A stretch of 64,000 nucleotides of DNA from Narcine bancroftii (Eukaryota): the NCBI RefSeq assembly GCF_036971445.1, contig NC_091480.1, positions 62,002,001 through 62,066,000 on the forward strand, read 5' to 3'. The notes below the pieces were generated by a model. That model made no database searches, was not told the origin of the DNA, and saw nothing but the letters and a program-made list of their open reading frames with translations. Shown in pieces: positions 49,085 through 61,454 of this stretch. Made by a program: the position numbers and the translations under genes. Positions within the stretch are counted from its first letter, which is position 1; each line of letters starts with the position of its first letter.

Positions 49085-51390
49085 AGCAGAGTCTGCTTTC
49101 TGCAGACAAGCCAATTCCAAATCCAAGCAGCCAAGGTTCCTTGGATCTCATGTCTCATCACTTTCTGAGTGAGCCTATCATGGGGTACCTTTTGAAACAA
49201 CCTACTAAAATCCACATACACCATATCCAGCACCTTACCTTCATCAATTTCCTTTATCACCTCCTGGAAAAACTCGATTGTGTTCATGAGAGGTGACCTG
49301 CCCCTCATGATTTTTTTTAAAAGTAAATATTTATACATACAGCATGGTCACAGGCCCTTTTGGCCCACAAGCCTGTGCTGCCCAATTACACCCAAATGAC
49401 CTACAACTCCTGGTAGGTTTTGAATGGTGGGAGGAGATTGCAGCCCCTCGGGTAAACCCATGCAGACATGGGGAGGATGTGCAAACTCCTTACAGACTGT
49501 AGGATTTAAACCCAAATTCCAATTACCAGAGCTATAACGGCTACGCCAACTGTGCTGCCGTTAAAACCATGCTGACTATCCCTGAGAAGACTGAGCCTCT
49601 CTAAATGCTGGTAAATCCTGTCCCTAGGAATTCTCTCTAATAATTTGCCCACCACTGACTTGAGATACACTGGTGTATAATTACCAGGATTCTCCCTCTT
49701 ACCTTTCTTAAACAAGGGAATTACATTTGCCATTCTCCAATCCTCTGGTACCTCTCCTGTGGCCAGGAAGGATGCAAATATCATTGCTTGCTCTTTCTTC
49801 ACTTCCTGTAGTAACTTGGGGTGTATTCCATCTGGTCCTGGGAACTGATTTTTCTGAATATTTTTAAGATCTAGTACTTCCTCGTTCTTAAACCCAATAT
49901 GGTCCAGTGCACAAGCCTGTTCTACACTGACCTCACAATCACCAAAGTCCCTCTCTCTGGTGAACACTGAACCGAAGTATTTGTTTTGGCTCCCGGCGCA
50001 TGATTTCTTCCTTCATCCCTAACGGGTCTTCCTTTCAATCTCATCATTTTTTTGTTCTCCATGTACCTGCAGGATGCCATATAGAGTTTTACTTCATCCT
50101 ACTTTTCAAGGTCTTCGCTTCCTCTTTCTAGCTTCCTCAGTTCTTTCTTGGCTACCATACAATTCTCACAAGCCCTTCCTGACATTTGCTTCCTAAGCCT
50201 TGTGTACATTTGCTTCTTTCCTCTTAACTAGTTGTCCCACCTCTCTTGTCCTGATGGCAATTTTGAAGCATATAGACTACTCCCAATAGAGTGATCCCTT
50301 CCTGTTTCTGACCCACCCACACTGGCTCAGTAGACGATCCTTCCATAATCTCGTCCCTTTCTGCAGCTGTGGTACTATTAGCCATGCCACCCCATCTCTT
50401 CTACCTCCCTTCCTATCCCTTTTGAAACATCTAAACCCCAGAACTTGCATCCTGTCCTGTCCTTGTGGTCCTCTGTTTCTGTAATGGCCACAACATCGTC
50501 ATCCCACATGTTGATCCATGCTCTAAATTCATCACCCATAGTCTTTATGCTTCCTGAATTAAAGGACACACATTTCAACTCATCCAACTGATTGTATTTG
50601 TGCTCCATCCACTTCTTATCCTTCCTCACATTCAAATTGCGCAGAATATCTACCTTTTCATCAACTGCTCTATCATTTGACCAAAAGCTCCTTGCTGAGT
50701 TAATAAACCCTTTCCCCAGCAGCTCAGGAAAAACTGCCCACGAGAATATTGGTCACTCTTTGGTTCAGGTGCAACTTGTTACTTTTGTACACCTCATACC
50801 TTCCCCAGAGGCTATCCCAATGATCCACAAACCTGAATTCCTGCCCCTCCACTAATTTTGCAGCCATGCATTCATCTGCAATAACTTTCTATTCTTGCCC
50901 TCAGGCAGCAATCTAGACATGACCACCCTTGAGGTCCTGCTCTTGAGTTTCTTTCCTAACTCCCCACATTCATTCTTCAAGACCTTGTCTCTTATCCCAT
51001 CTTTGACATGGGTATCAGCGTGTATCATGACATCTGGCTGCTCATCCTCCCTCTCAAGAATTCGATGGAATTTCTGACCCTGGCACCTGGGAGGCAACAT
51101 ACCATCAGAGTCTTGATCCCTTCCATAAAATCTCCTCTCCATTCCTGTAACCAATGAATCCCCCAGCACTATTGCTCTCCTCTCTACTTTCCCTTTATGA
51201 ACTTCAGAACCAGACTCTGTGCCAGAGGTCTGGTTACTGCTGCTTTTCTCTGGTAGGTCCCACCCAATAGTATCCAAAATGGTATATTTGTTTGAGGGGA
51301 ATAGTCACAGGTATCTTGCACTGACTACCTGTTCCCTTTCCCTGTCCTGACAGTCACCCAACTACCTCCTTTCTTGGTGTGACCTTGTAA
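49085..51390 (-). mobile_element. Heavily deleted CR1 (ORF1 esterase, EN and RT remnants) with a nested SINE at ~49338-49560
   Basis: RAIVLGDSLV (GDSL-like ORF1), [25 protein letters not shown] and YVDFSRLFQKVPH motifs. Confidence 0.82.
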
Positions 51391-51421
51391 TGCGCATCGA
51401 AAGAACCAAAGACTTGTTTAA

Positions 51422-54400
51422 AAAATTTTTTTATTTTTCACACTATAAACCATACTGACCAAAATACATAGACATTTTTCTCTTAAATATATACAGTGTA
51501 ATTTTCTCCCCTTTTTCCCCCCTCCCTTCCCTCCCTCCCTCTACCCCCATCCCATTTATTCAAAGTTCAATCTATAAAATACATTAAACCCGTTAAACAA
51601 TGTCGTCACTTAATAAAAATAAACAAGAAATTTTTGTCTTTTACTTTTATACACTGAGTCAGTTCATTTCGTTGTCTTCTCCTTCTGTCATTTTAGGTGG
51701 TGGAAGTCCGTGGTAGGATTTCTCTATTGTATTTCATGTATGGTTCCCATATTTGTTCGAATATTGTGATGTTATTTCTTAAATTATATGTTATTTTTTT
51801 CTAATGGAATAGATTTATTTATTTCTATGTACCATTGATGTATTCTCAAGTTTTCTTCTAATTTCCAGTTTGACATAATACATTTTTTTGCTACAGCTAA
51901 GGCTATCATAATAAATCTTTTTTGTGCTCCATCCAAATCGAGTCCAAGTTCTTTATTTCTTACATTACTTAGAAGAAAGATCTCTGGGTCTTTTGGTATA
52001 TTGCTTTTTGTGATTTTATTTAAGATTTAGATCTTAATATTTGGTTTAGATCTTCCCAAAATTTTTTCACTTTCTCACATGTCCAAGTTGCATGTATTGT
52101 TGCTCCCATTTCCTTTTTACAGCAAAAACATCTGTCTGATACTGTTGGGTCCCATTTATTTAACTTTTGGGGTGTGATGTATAGCCTGTGTAACCAATTA
52201 TATTGTATCATGCGTAACCTCGTGTTTATTGTATTTCTCATAGTTTCGGACCATAGCTTTTTCCATGTTTCATTCATTATCTTTATGTTTAGATCTTGTT
52301 CCCATTTTTGTTTAGGTTTACAGTTTATTTCCTCGTTCTCCTTTTCTTCCAGTTTGATGTACATAATTGTTATAAATTTTTTAATTATCATTGTGTCTGT
52401 AATCACATTTTCAAAATTGCTTCCTTCTGGTAACCTGAGACTGTTTCCCAAGTTGTCCTTCAAGTAGGTTTTCAGTTGGTGGTATGCAAACCTTGTATCG
52501 TGAGTTATATTATATTTGTCCTTCATTTTTTCAAAAGATAATAATTTATTTCCCGAAAAACAATTTTCTATTCTTTTGATCCCTTTTCTCTCCCATTCTC
52601 TGAAGGAAATGTTATTTATTGTGAAAGGGATTAGTTGATTTTGTGTCAATATTAATTTTGGTAGTTGATAATTTATTTTATTTCTTTCTACGTGAATCTT
52701 CTTCCAAATGTTGAGCAGATGGTGCAATACTGGTGAATTCCTATGTTGCACCAATTTTTCATCCCACTTATATAGTACATGTTCAGGTATCTTCTCCCCT
52801 ATTTTATCTAGCTCAAATCTGGTCCAATCTGGTTTTTCCCTTGTTTGATAAAAATCTGATAGGTATCTTAATTGTGCTGCTCTATAATAATTCTTAAAGT
52901 TTGGTAGTTGTAAGCCTCCTTGTTTGTACCATTCTGTAAATTTATCTAGTGCTATCCTCGGTTTCCCCCCTTTCCATAAAAATTTCCTTGTTATTTTCTT
53001 TAACTCCTTGAAGAATTTCTCCATCAAGTGTATTGGCAATGCCTGAAATAGGTATTGTATCCTTGGGAAAATTTTCATTTTAATACAGTTTATCCTTCCT
53101 ATTAGTGTTAGTGGTAAGTCTTTCCAATGCTCTAAGTCATCCTGTAATTTTTTCATTAGTGGATAATAATTGAGTTTATATAGATTGACAAGGTTTTTAT
53201 TTATTTGTATACCTAGGTATCGCATTGCTTGCATTTGCCATCTGAATGGTGATTCTTTCTTAAATTTTGAGAAATCCGCATTATTCATTGGCATTGCTTC
53301 ACTTTTATTTGCGTTAATCTTGTATCCCGACACTTCTCCATATTCCTTCAATTTCTTATGTAATTCTTTCATTGATATTTCTGGTTCTGTTAAGTATACT
53401 ATAACGTCATCTGCAAATAAACTGATTTTATATCCCTTGTCTTTTATTTTTATCCCTTTTATTTTATTTTCTGTTCTTAACAGTTCTGCTAGTGGTTCTA
53501 TGGCTAACGCGAACAATAAGGGCAATAGTGGGCATCCCTGCCTTGTTGATCTGCTTAAGTTAAATTGTTTTGATATATATCCATTTACTGTCACTTTCGC
53601 CAATGGCCCCTTATATAATGCTTTAATCCAATTAATATATTTCTCTGGTAAACTGAATTTTTGTAGTACTTTTAATAAATAATTCCATTTTTCTCTGTCA
53701 AAGGCCTTCTCTGCATCTAAAGCAACCGCTACTGTTGGAGCTTTATTTCCTTCTACTGCATGAATTAAGTTAATAAATTTACAAATATTGTCTGTTGTTC
53801 GTCTTTTTTGAATAAATCCAGTTTAGTCTAGATTTACTATTTTTGGTACATAGTCGGCTAATCTGTTTGCTAATAGTTTAGCTATCATCTTATAATCTGT
53901 GTTAAGTAAAGATATTGGTCTATATGACGCTGGTGCAAGTGGATCTTTCCCTGTCTTTGGTATTACTGTAATTATTGCTGTTTTGCATGAATCTGGTAAG
54001 CTTTGTGTTTTATCATTCTGGTTGATTACTTCCAGGAGGGGAGGAATTAATAAATCTTTAAATGTTTTATAGAATTCTATTGGGAATCCATCCTCTCCTG
54101 GTGTTTTATTATTCGGTAGCTTTTTTATTATCTCTTGTATTCCTACTATTTCAAATGGTTCTGTTAATTTATTTTGTTCCTCTATTTGTAATTTCGGTAG
54201 TTCCATTTTAGTTAAAAATTCATCTATTTTGTCTTCTTTCGCTTCGTTTTCGGTTTGGTATAATTGTTCGTAGAATTCTCTGAAGTTTTCATTAATCTCC
54301 GTTGGATTATATGTGATTTGCTTGTCTTTTTTCCTTGATGCCAATACCATTCTCTTAGTTTGTTCTGTCTTAAGCTGCCAGGCTAGAATTTTGTGCATTT

Positions 54401-57400
54401 TTTCTCCTAGTTCATAATATTTCTGTTTTGTCTTCACCTTATATGTTTGTAGTGTTTCATATTTTATTTTTTTATCTGCAAATTCTCTTCTTTTAGTTGT
54501 GACTTCCTTCATTGCTAATTCTTTTTCTATATTTGCTATTTCCCTTTCTAACTGCTCTGTTTCCTGATTGTAGTCCTTCATCTTGGTTACATAACATTAT
54601 TTGCCCTCTGATGAACGCTTTCTTTGTGCCCCATAGTATAAACTTATCTTTCACTGATTCCGTATTTATTTCAAAGTACATTTTAATTTGTCTTTCAATT
54701 AATTCTCTAAAATCCTGCCTTTTAAGTAGCATGGAGTTTAATCTCCATCTATATATTCTTGGAGGGATGTCCTCTAACTCTACTGTCAATACCAGGGGTG
54801 AGTGGTCCGATAATATTCTACCTTTATATTCTGTTTTTCTAACTCTGTCTTGCATGCGAGCTGATAACAGGAATAGGTCTATTCTTGAGTATGTTTTATG
54901 TCTACCCGAATAATATGAATATTCCTTTTCCTTTGGGTGTTGTTTCCTCCATATATCCAAATGTTGCATTTCTTGCATCGATTTAATTATAAATTTGGTT
55001 ACTTTGTTCTTTCTGTTAATTTTTTTCCCAGTTTTATCCATGTTTGAATCCAAATTAAGGTTGAAATCCCCTCCTATTAGTATGTTCCCTTGCGTGTCTG
55101 CTAGTTTCAAAAAAATATCTTGCATAAATTTTTGATCTTCTTCGTTAGGTGAATATACATTGAGTAAATTCCAAAACTCCGAATATATCTGACATTTTAT
55201 CATTACATATCTCCCTGCTGGATCCATTATTTCCTCTTCTATTTTAATTGGTACATTTTTACTGATTAATATAGCTACTCCTCTAGCTTTTGAATTATAT
55301 GACGCTGCTGTTACATGTCCTATCCAATCTCTCTTTAATTTCTTGTGCTCCATTTCAGTTGTGTGTTTCTTGCACGAATACTATATCAATTTTTTCTTTT
55401 TTCAGTAAATTTAGCAGTTTCTTCCTTTTGATTTGGTTATGTATTCCGTTAATATTTAAAGTCATATAGTTCAACATATCCATTTCGTACTTTGTTTATC
55501 TTTCCTTTCTGTTTCCTCATCATCACATTTCCTTCTTATCCATTTCTGTTTTCTTTTTTTGAACACTTTATAAGACAACATTTCTAAAACATCAAACATT
55601 TCCCTTATTCTCCTATCTAAAATTTCTTTAACCCCACTATCCCCTCCCCTTCCTGAGTTGCCCTTTATCCCTTGTCGGGCAACCACATCTCCCCTCTCCA
55701 TTTGGATTTGCGAATTCACTCGCAAGCGTCAACTGATTTTGCAGTGACCGTAACTCCTCCCCACCCAGCCTCCCTCATAAAAGATTTCAATTTTCATATA
55801 CAACAAAGGTCACTCTCTTAATTCCCTCCTTAGTTCCTCTCTTTCCTTTATTAATTCTTATCTATCCTCTATATATTTTCTTTTAAATGCGCATACACTC
55901 ATGTACACACATATATACATACACACATATATATACACAAATACATATAGTTCGTGGTCATTTTTGCTCTCGTTACATGTCTTCATCTCTGTCTGTTTTG
56001 TAGTTGTTCTGCAAATTTTCGTGCTTCCTCCGGATCCGAGAATAGTCTGTTTTGCTGCCCTGGAATAACTATTTTAAGTACCACTGGGTACTTTTAGCAT
56101 AAATTTATATCCTTTTTTCCATAGGATCATTTTTGCTGTATTAAACTCCTTTCATTTTTTTTTTTATTTATTTTTCACACCATAAATCACATTAGCCATG
56201 ATATACACTGTTTCTTTTTCACACATATACAGTGACTTTTTCTCCCCCCCCCTTTCCTCCCAAACCACCCCCCCCACCCCACCCCCTCATCCATTTTAGG
56301 TATACAATCTAGGTTGCATTAAGCCAGTCAGACAATGTTGTCATTCAACAAAATTACACCAGAAATTCTATTGAGTCCATTCTTTTCTCCTTTCATCAAC
56401 TTAGGTAATGTTTGTCCCCGGTAGGTTTTCGCTATTGTATTTAATGTAAGGCTCCTATACTTGTTCGAATATTTCAATATTATTTCTTAACCTATATGTT
56501 ATTTTTTCTAATGGAATACATTTATTCATTTAAATTTAGTAGTTTCTTCCTTTTAATTTGGTTATGTATTCCATTAATATTTAAAGACATATAGTTCAGC
56601 GTAGCCCTTTTATATTTTGTTTATCTTCTCTTTCCGTTTTTCCATCATTACCTTTCCTCCTTTTCCATTTCTGTTTTCCTATTTTCAACTCTTTATAAGA
56701 CAACATTCCTACAACATCCAACATTTTCCTTATTCTCCTATTTCTATCTTATTTATCCCCAATCTCCCCTTCACCTCCTGAGTTGTCCTTTATCCCTTGT
56801 CGGACAACCACATCTCCCCTCTCCATTTGGATTTGCGAATCCACTCGCAAGCGTCAACTGATTTTGCAGTGACCGCTATTTCCCCCCACCCTGCCTCCCC
56901 CAGAAAAGATTTCACTTTTCATATGTCACAAAGGTCATTCTTTTAATTCCCTCCTTATTCTCTCTATTCCATTACCTTCCCTTATTAATTCTTGTCTATA
57001 CTATCTATATTTTCCTCTAAGTACAGATACATTCATGTATGCTCATTGTCTCTATTCACTCTTATACCTCTTTACCCGCATACATATCAATCGTGATCAT
57101 TTTTACTCTCATTACCCGTCTTCATCCCTCAGTCTATTTTTGTCTTTACCCACATACATATCAATCGTGATCATTTTAACTCTCATTACCCGTCTTCCTC
57201 CCTCAGTCTATTTTTGTAATTGTTCTGCAAATTTTCGTGCTTCTTCTGGAACTCCTTTCTCTTCTTCAGGAGTTCAAAATTTGTGTCTGGATAGAAAAAA
57301 ATTTTTTGACCTTTGTATTCCAGTGGCTTTTTGTCTTCTCTTATTTTCTTCATTGCTTTCTCCAATATATTTTCTCTTGTTGTATATCTTAGTAATTTTA

Positions 57401-58412
57401 CTAAAAATGGATCTTGGTTTTTGTTGTGGCTGTGGTTTAAGGGCTAATGTTCTATGTGCCCTTTCTATTTCCATTTCTTCCTGTAATTCTGGTCTTCCTA
57501 GGACCCTGGGGATCCAATCTTTTATATATTCTCTCATATTCTTGCCTTCTTTATCTTTCTTAAGGCCCACTATTATTTCTTCTATTATAATTTTCCATTA
57601 TATCTATCTTCTGAGCTTACAGCTCTTGTGTCCCTTTAACTTTTTTATTAGATTCTTCTAATTTTTTTTTTAAGTCCTCTACTTCCATTTCTACGGCTGT
57701 TTCTTGTTCTTCCACCTTGTCCACTCTTTTTCCTATATCTGACATGACCATCTCTAATCTATTCATTTTTTCTTCTGTACTTTTAATTCTTCTTTTTATT
57801 TCACTAAATTCTTGTGATTGCCTTTCTTTTACTGATTCCATATATTCTTTAAAAAAAATATCCATTGTCTTGCCCTTCCCTTCTTCTTCCATTTCTCTAT
57901 GTTCTTCTTCTTCATCTGGGTTGGTCATCTGTTGTTTCCTTGATTTTTTTACTCTCTTTCTTGTTCTCGTTGTTTTCTATGTTCTCTTCTTGTTGTTGTG
58001 CTGTGGCTGTCATTCTCAGCTGTGGAGATTGACTCCTCAGCTGGTCCCCCGTCCCGTCAGTGTTTTTTTTTTTGTCTTGCGTGGTTGCGCACTTTTGGTT
58101 GGCTCCGCGAGCCATTTTTTTAGTCCGGAGCTCAGGACTTCGACTGACCTGAGGGAGTGGGCTTCTCTCTCCACGGCGGGCCTCCTCGGACACGCAAGGC
58201 CTTCACCTTCTTCTTCCGATGTTTTTTCTTCTTCTCTTCTTCCCGTTGCTTTCGACTTTTCTTTCTTCGCTGCCATTTTCTTCCCACCTTTACTTTCACT
58301 TTATTTTAATTTTTGTCTTTGTGCCTTTGTGTTTTCTGTGTTTTTTTAAAACTTTTCTGGAGAGGGCTGGAGTTCCCCGACCGGCCACTACTCCATCACG
58401 TGACTCCCCCCC
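51422..58412 (-). mobile_element. L1 copy 4, full-length outline, degraded
   Basis: Poly-T at ~51425; ORF2 ~51693-55483 in three long ORFs; spacer; ORF1 interrupted at 56154-57249; intact 5' terminus. Confidence 0.94.
56154..57249 (-). mobile_element. ORF2-deleted L1 derivative (HAL1-like), 5'-truncated, 10-bp TSD
   Basis: Poly(A), 3'UTR, ORF2 C-terminus fused to the ORF2 N-terminus at ~56530, spacer and ORF1 end. TSD AACTCCTTTC at 56144-56153 and 57250-57259. Confidence 0.85.
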
Positions 58413-61400
58413 AGTTTGGTCTAGTTTTACTATTTTTGGTACACAGTCGGCCAATCTGTTTGCTAATAGTTTAGCTATTATCCTATAATCTGTGTTAAGT
58501 AGAGATATTGGTCTATACGATGCTGGTGTTAGTGGATCTTTCCCCGTCTTTGGTATTACTGTAATTATTGCTGTTTTGTATGAATCTGGTATGTTTTGTG
58601 TTTTTTCAATCTGGTTCATTACTTCCAGGAGAGGAGGAATTAATAAATCTTTAAATGTTTTATAGAATTCTATTGGGAGTCCATCCTCTCCCGGTGTTTT
58701 ATTGTTCGGTAGTTTTTTTATTATCTCCTGTAATTCTTCTATTTCAAATGCTTTTATTAATTTATTTTGCTCCTCTGTTTGTAATTTCGGTAGCTCAATT
58801 TTAGTTAGAAATTCATCTATTTGGTCTTCTTTCCCTTCGTTTTCAGTTTGATATAGTTGTTTGTAGAATTCCCTGAAGTATTCGTTGATCTCTGTTCGGT
58901 TATATGTAATTTGTTTGTCCTTTTTCCTTGATGCCAATACCGTTCTTTTAGTTTGTTCTATCTTAAGCTGCCACGCTAGTATTTTGTGCATTTTTTTTCC
59001 TAGCTCATAATATTTCTGTTTTGTCTTCATTATGTTCTTCTCCACCTTGTATGTTTGTAGTGTTTCATATTTTCTTGTCTGTCAATTCTCTTCTTTTAGT
59101 TGTATCTTCCTTTATTGCTAATTCTTTTTCTGTATTTATTTCCCTTTCCAACTGTTCTATTTCTCGATTGTAGTCCTTCTTCATCTTAGTTACATAACTT
59201 ATTATCTGTCCTCCGATGAATGCTTTCATTCCGTCCCATAGTATAAATTTATTTTTCACTGATTCCGTATTTATTTCAAAGTACATTTTAATTTGTCTCT
59301 CAATGAATTCTCTAAAATCTTGTCTTTTAAGTAGCATGGAGTTTAATCTCCATCTATACATTCTTGGTGGGATGTCCTCTAGCTCTATTGCCAATAACAG
59401 GGGTGAGAATTCCAATAACAATCTAGCTTTATATTCCGTTTTCTTAACTCTTCCTTGAATGTGGGTTGATAACAGGAATAGGTCTATCCTTGAGTATGTT
59501 TTATGTCTACCCGAATAATATGAATATTCCTTTTCCCTTGGGTGTTGTTTCCTCCATATCCAAAAGTTGCATTTCCTGCATCAATTTAATTATAAATTTG
59601 GTTACTTTGTTCTTTCTGTTAGTCTTTTTTCCAGTTTTATCCATGTTTGAGTGCAAATTAAGGTTAAAATCCCTTCCTATTAGTATATTCCCTTGCGTAT
59701 CTGCGATCTTCAAAAAGATATCTTGCATAAATTTTTGATCTTCTTCATTAGGTGGGTATACATTGAGTAAATTCCAAAATTCTGAATATATCTCACATTT
59801 TATCATTACATACCTCCCTACTGGATCTATTATTTCCTCTTCTATTTTAATTGGTACATTTTTATTGATTAATATAGCTACTCCTCTGGCTTTTGAATTA
59901 TATGATGCTGCTGTTACATGTCCTATCCAATCTCTCTTTAATTTCTTGTTAGATGTGTTTCTTGCACGAATGCTATATCAATTTTTTCTTTCTTCTGTAA
60001 ATTTAACAGCTTCTTCCTTTTGATTTGGTTATGTATTCCATTAATATTTAAAGTCATATAGTTCAACATGGCCATTTCATACTTTGCTTATCTTTCCTTT
60101 CCGTTTCCTCATCACCACCTTCCCTTCTTATCCATTTCTGTTTTATTTTTGAACACATTGTAAGACAACATTTCTAAAACATAAAATATTTCCACTATTC
60201 CCATATCTAAAATTCCTTTAACCCTAAATGTCCCTCCCCTCTGAGTTGCCCTTTGTCCCTTGTCGGGCAACCACATCTCCCTTCTCAATTTGGATTTGCG
60301 AACCCGCTCGCAAGCGTCAACTGATTTCGCAGTGACTGTTATTCTTCCCCACCCAGCCCCCCCAGAAAAGATTTTAATCTTCATATATAACAAAGCTCAC
60401 TCTCTTAATTCCCTCATTACTTCCTTTCTTCCCTTTCTTTCTCTTCTTAGTTCTTACTTATACGTTATTCTTCTTTATATATAGTTTGTTGTAATTTTTG
60501 TTCTTGTTATATCTCTTCATCTCTCTGTCTGTTTTGTAGGTGTTCTGCAAATTTTCGTGCTTTTTTCGGATCCAAGAACAGTTTGCTTTGCTGCCCCGGG
60601 ATAACTATTTTAAGCACTGATGGATATTTTAACATAAATTTATAACCTTTTTTCCATAGGGTTGTTTTTGCTGCGTTAAACTCCTTCCTCTTCTTCAGGA
60701 GTTCAAAACTTATGTCTGGATAGAAAATTTTTTTTTGACCCTTGTATTCCAGTGGTTTTTTGTCTTCTCTTATTTTTTCATTGCCCTCTCCAATATATTT
60801 CCTCTTGTTGTATATCTTAAGAATTTTACTAGAATGGATCTTGTTTTTTGTTGTGGTTGTGGTTTCGGGGCTAATGTTCTGTGTGCCCTTTCTATTTCCA
60901 TTCCTTCCTGTAATTCTGGTCTTCATAGGACCCTGGGGATCCATTCTTTTATAAATTCTTTCATATTTTTGCCTTCTTCATCTTCCTTAAGGCCCACTAT
61001 CTTTATATTGTTTCTTCTATTATAATTTCCCATTATATCTATCTTCTGAGCTAACAGCTCCTGTGACTCTATAACTTTTTTATCAGATTCTTTTAATTTC
61101 TTTTTTAAGTCATCTACTTCCATTTCTATGCTGTTTCTCATTCTTCCACCTTGTCCACTCTTTTTCCTATACCTGACATGACCATCTCTAATCTATTCAC
61201 TTTTTCTTCTGTTCTTTTTATTCTTCTTTTTATTTCACTGAATTCTTGTGACTGCCATTCTTTTACTGTTTCCATATATTCTTTAAAAAAATATATCCAG
61301 TGTCTTGCCCTTCCCTTCATCTTCCATTTCTCTGTGTTCTTCCTCCTCTTCTTCTGAGTCCACTCCAGGATCTGTGTCCTTTACCTCTGTCTCTTCTGGT

Positions 61401-61445
61401 TTTCCTGTTGGGTTGTTTATTTTATTTTGTAGGGTATTTTTGTTC
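58413..61445 (-). mobile_element. L1 copy 5, internal fragment (ORF1 to mid-ORF2)
   Basis: Homologous to ~1707-5025; bounded by copy 4 on the left and copy 6 on the right. Confidence 0.9.
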
Positions 61446-61454
61446 TACTTAGTT

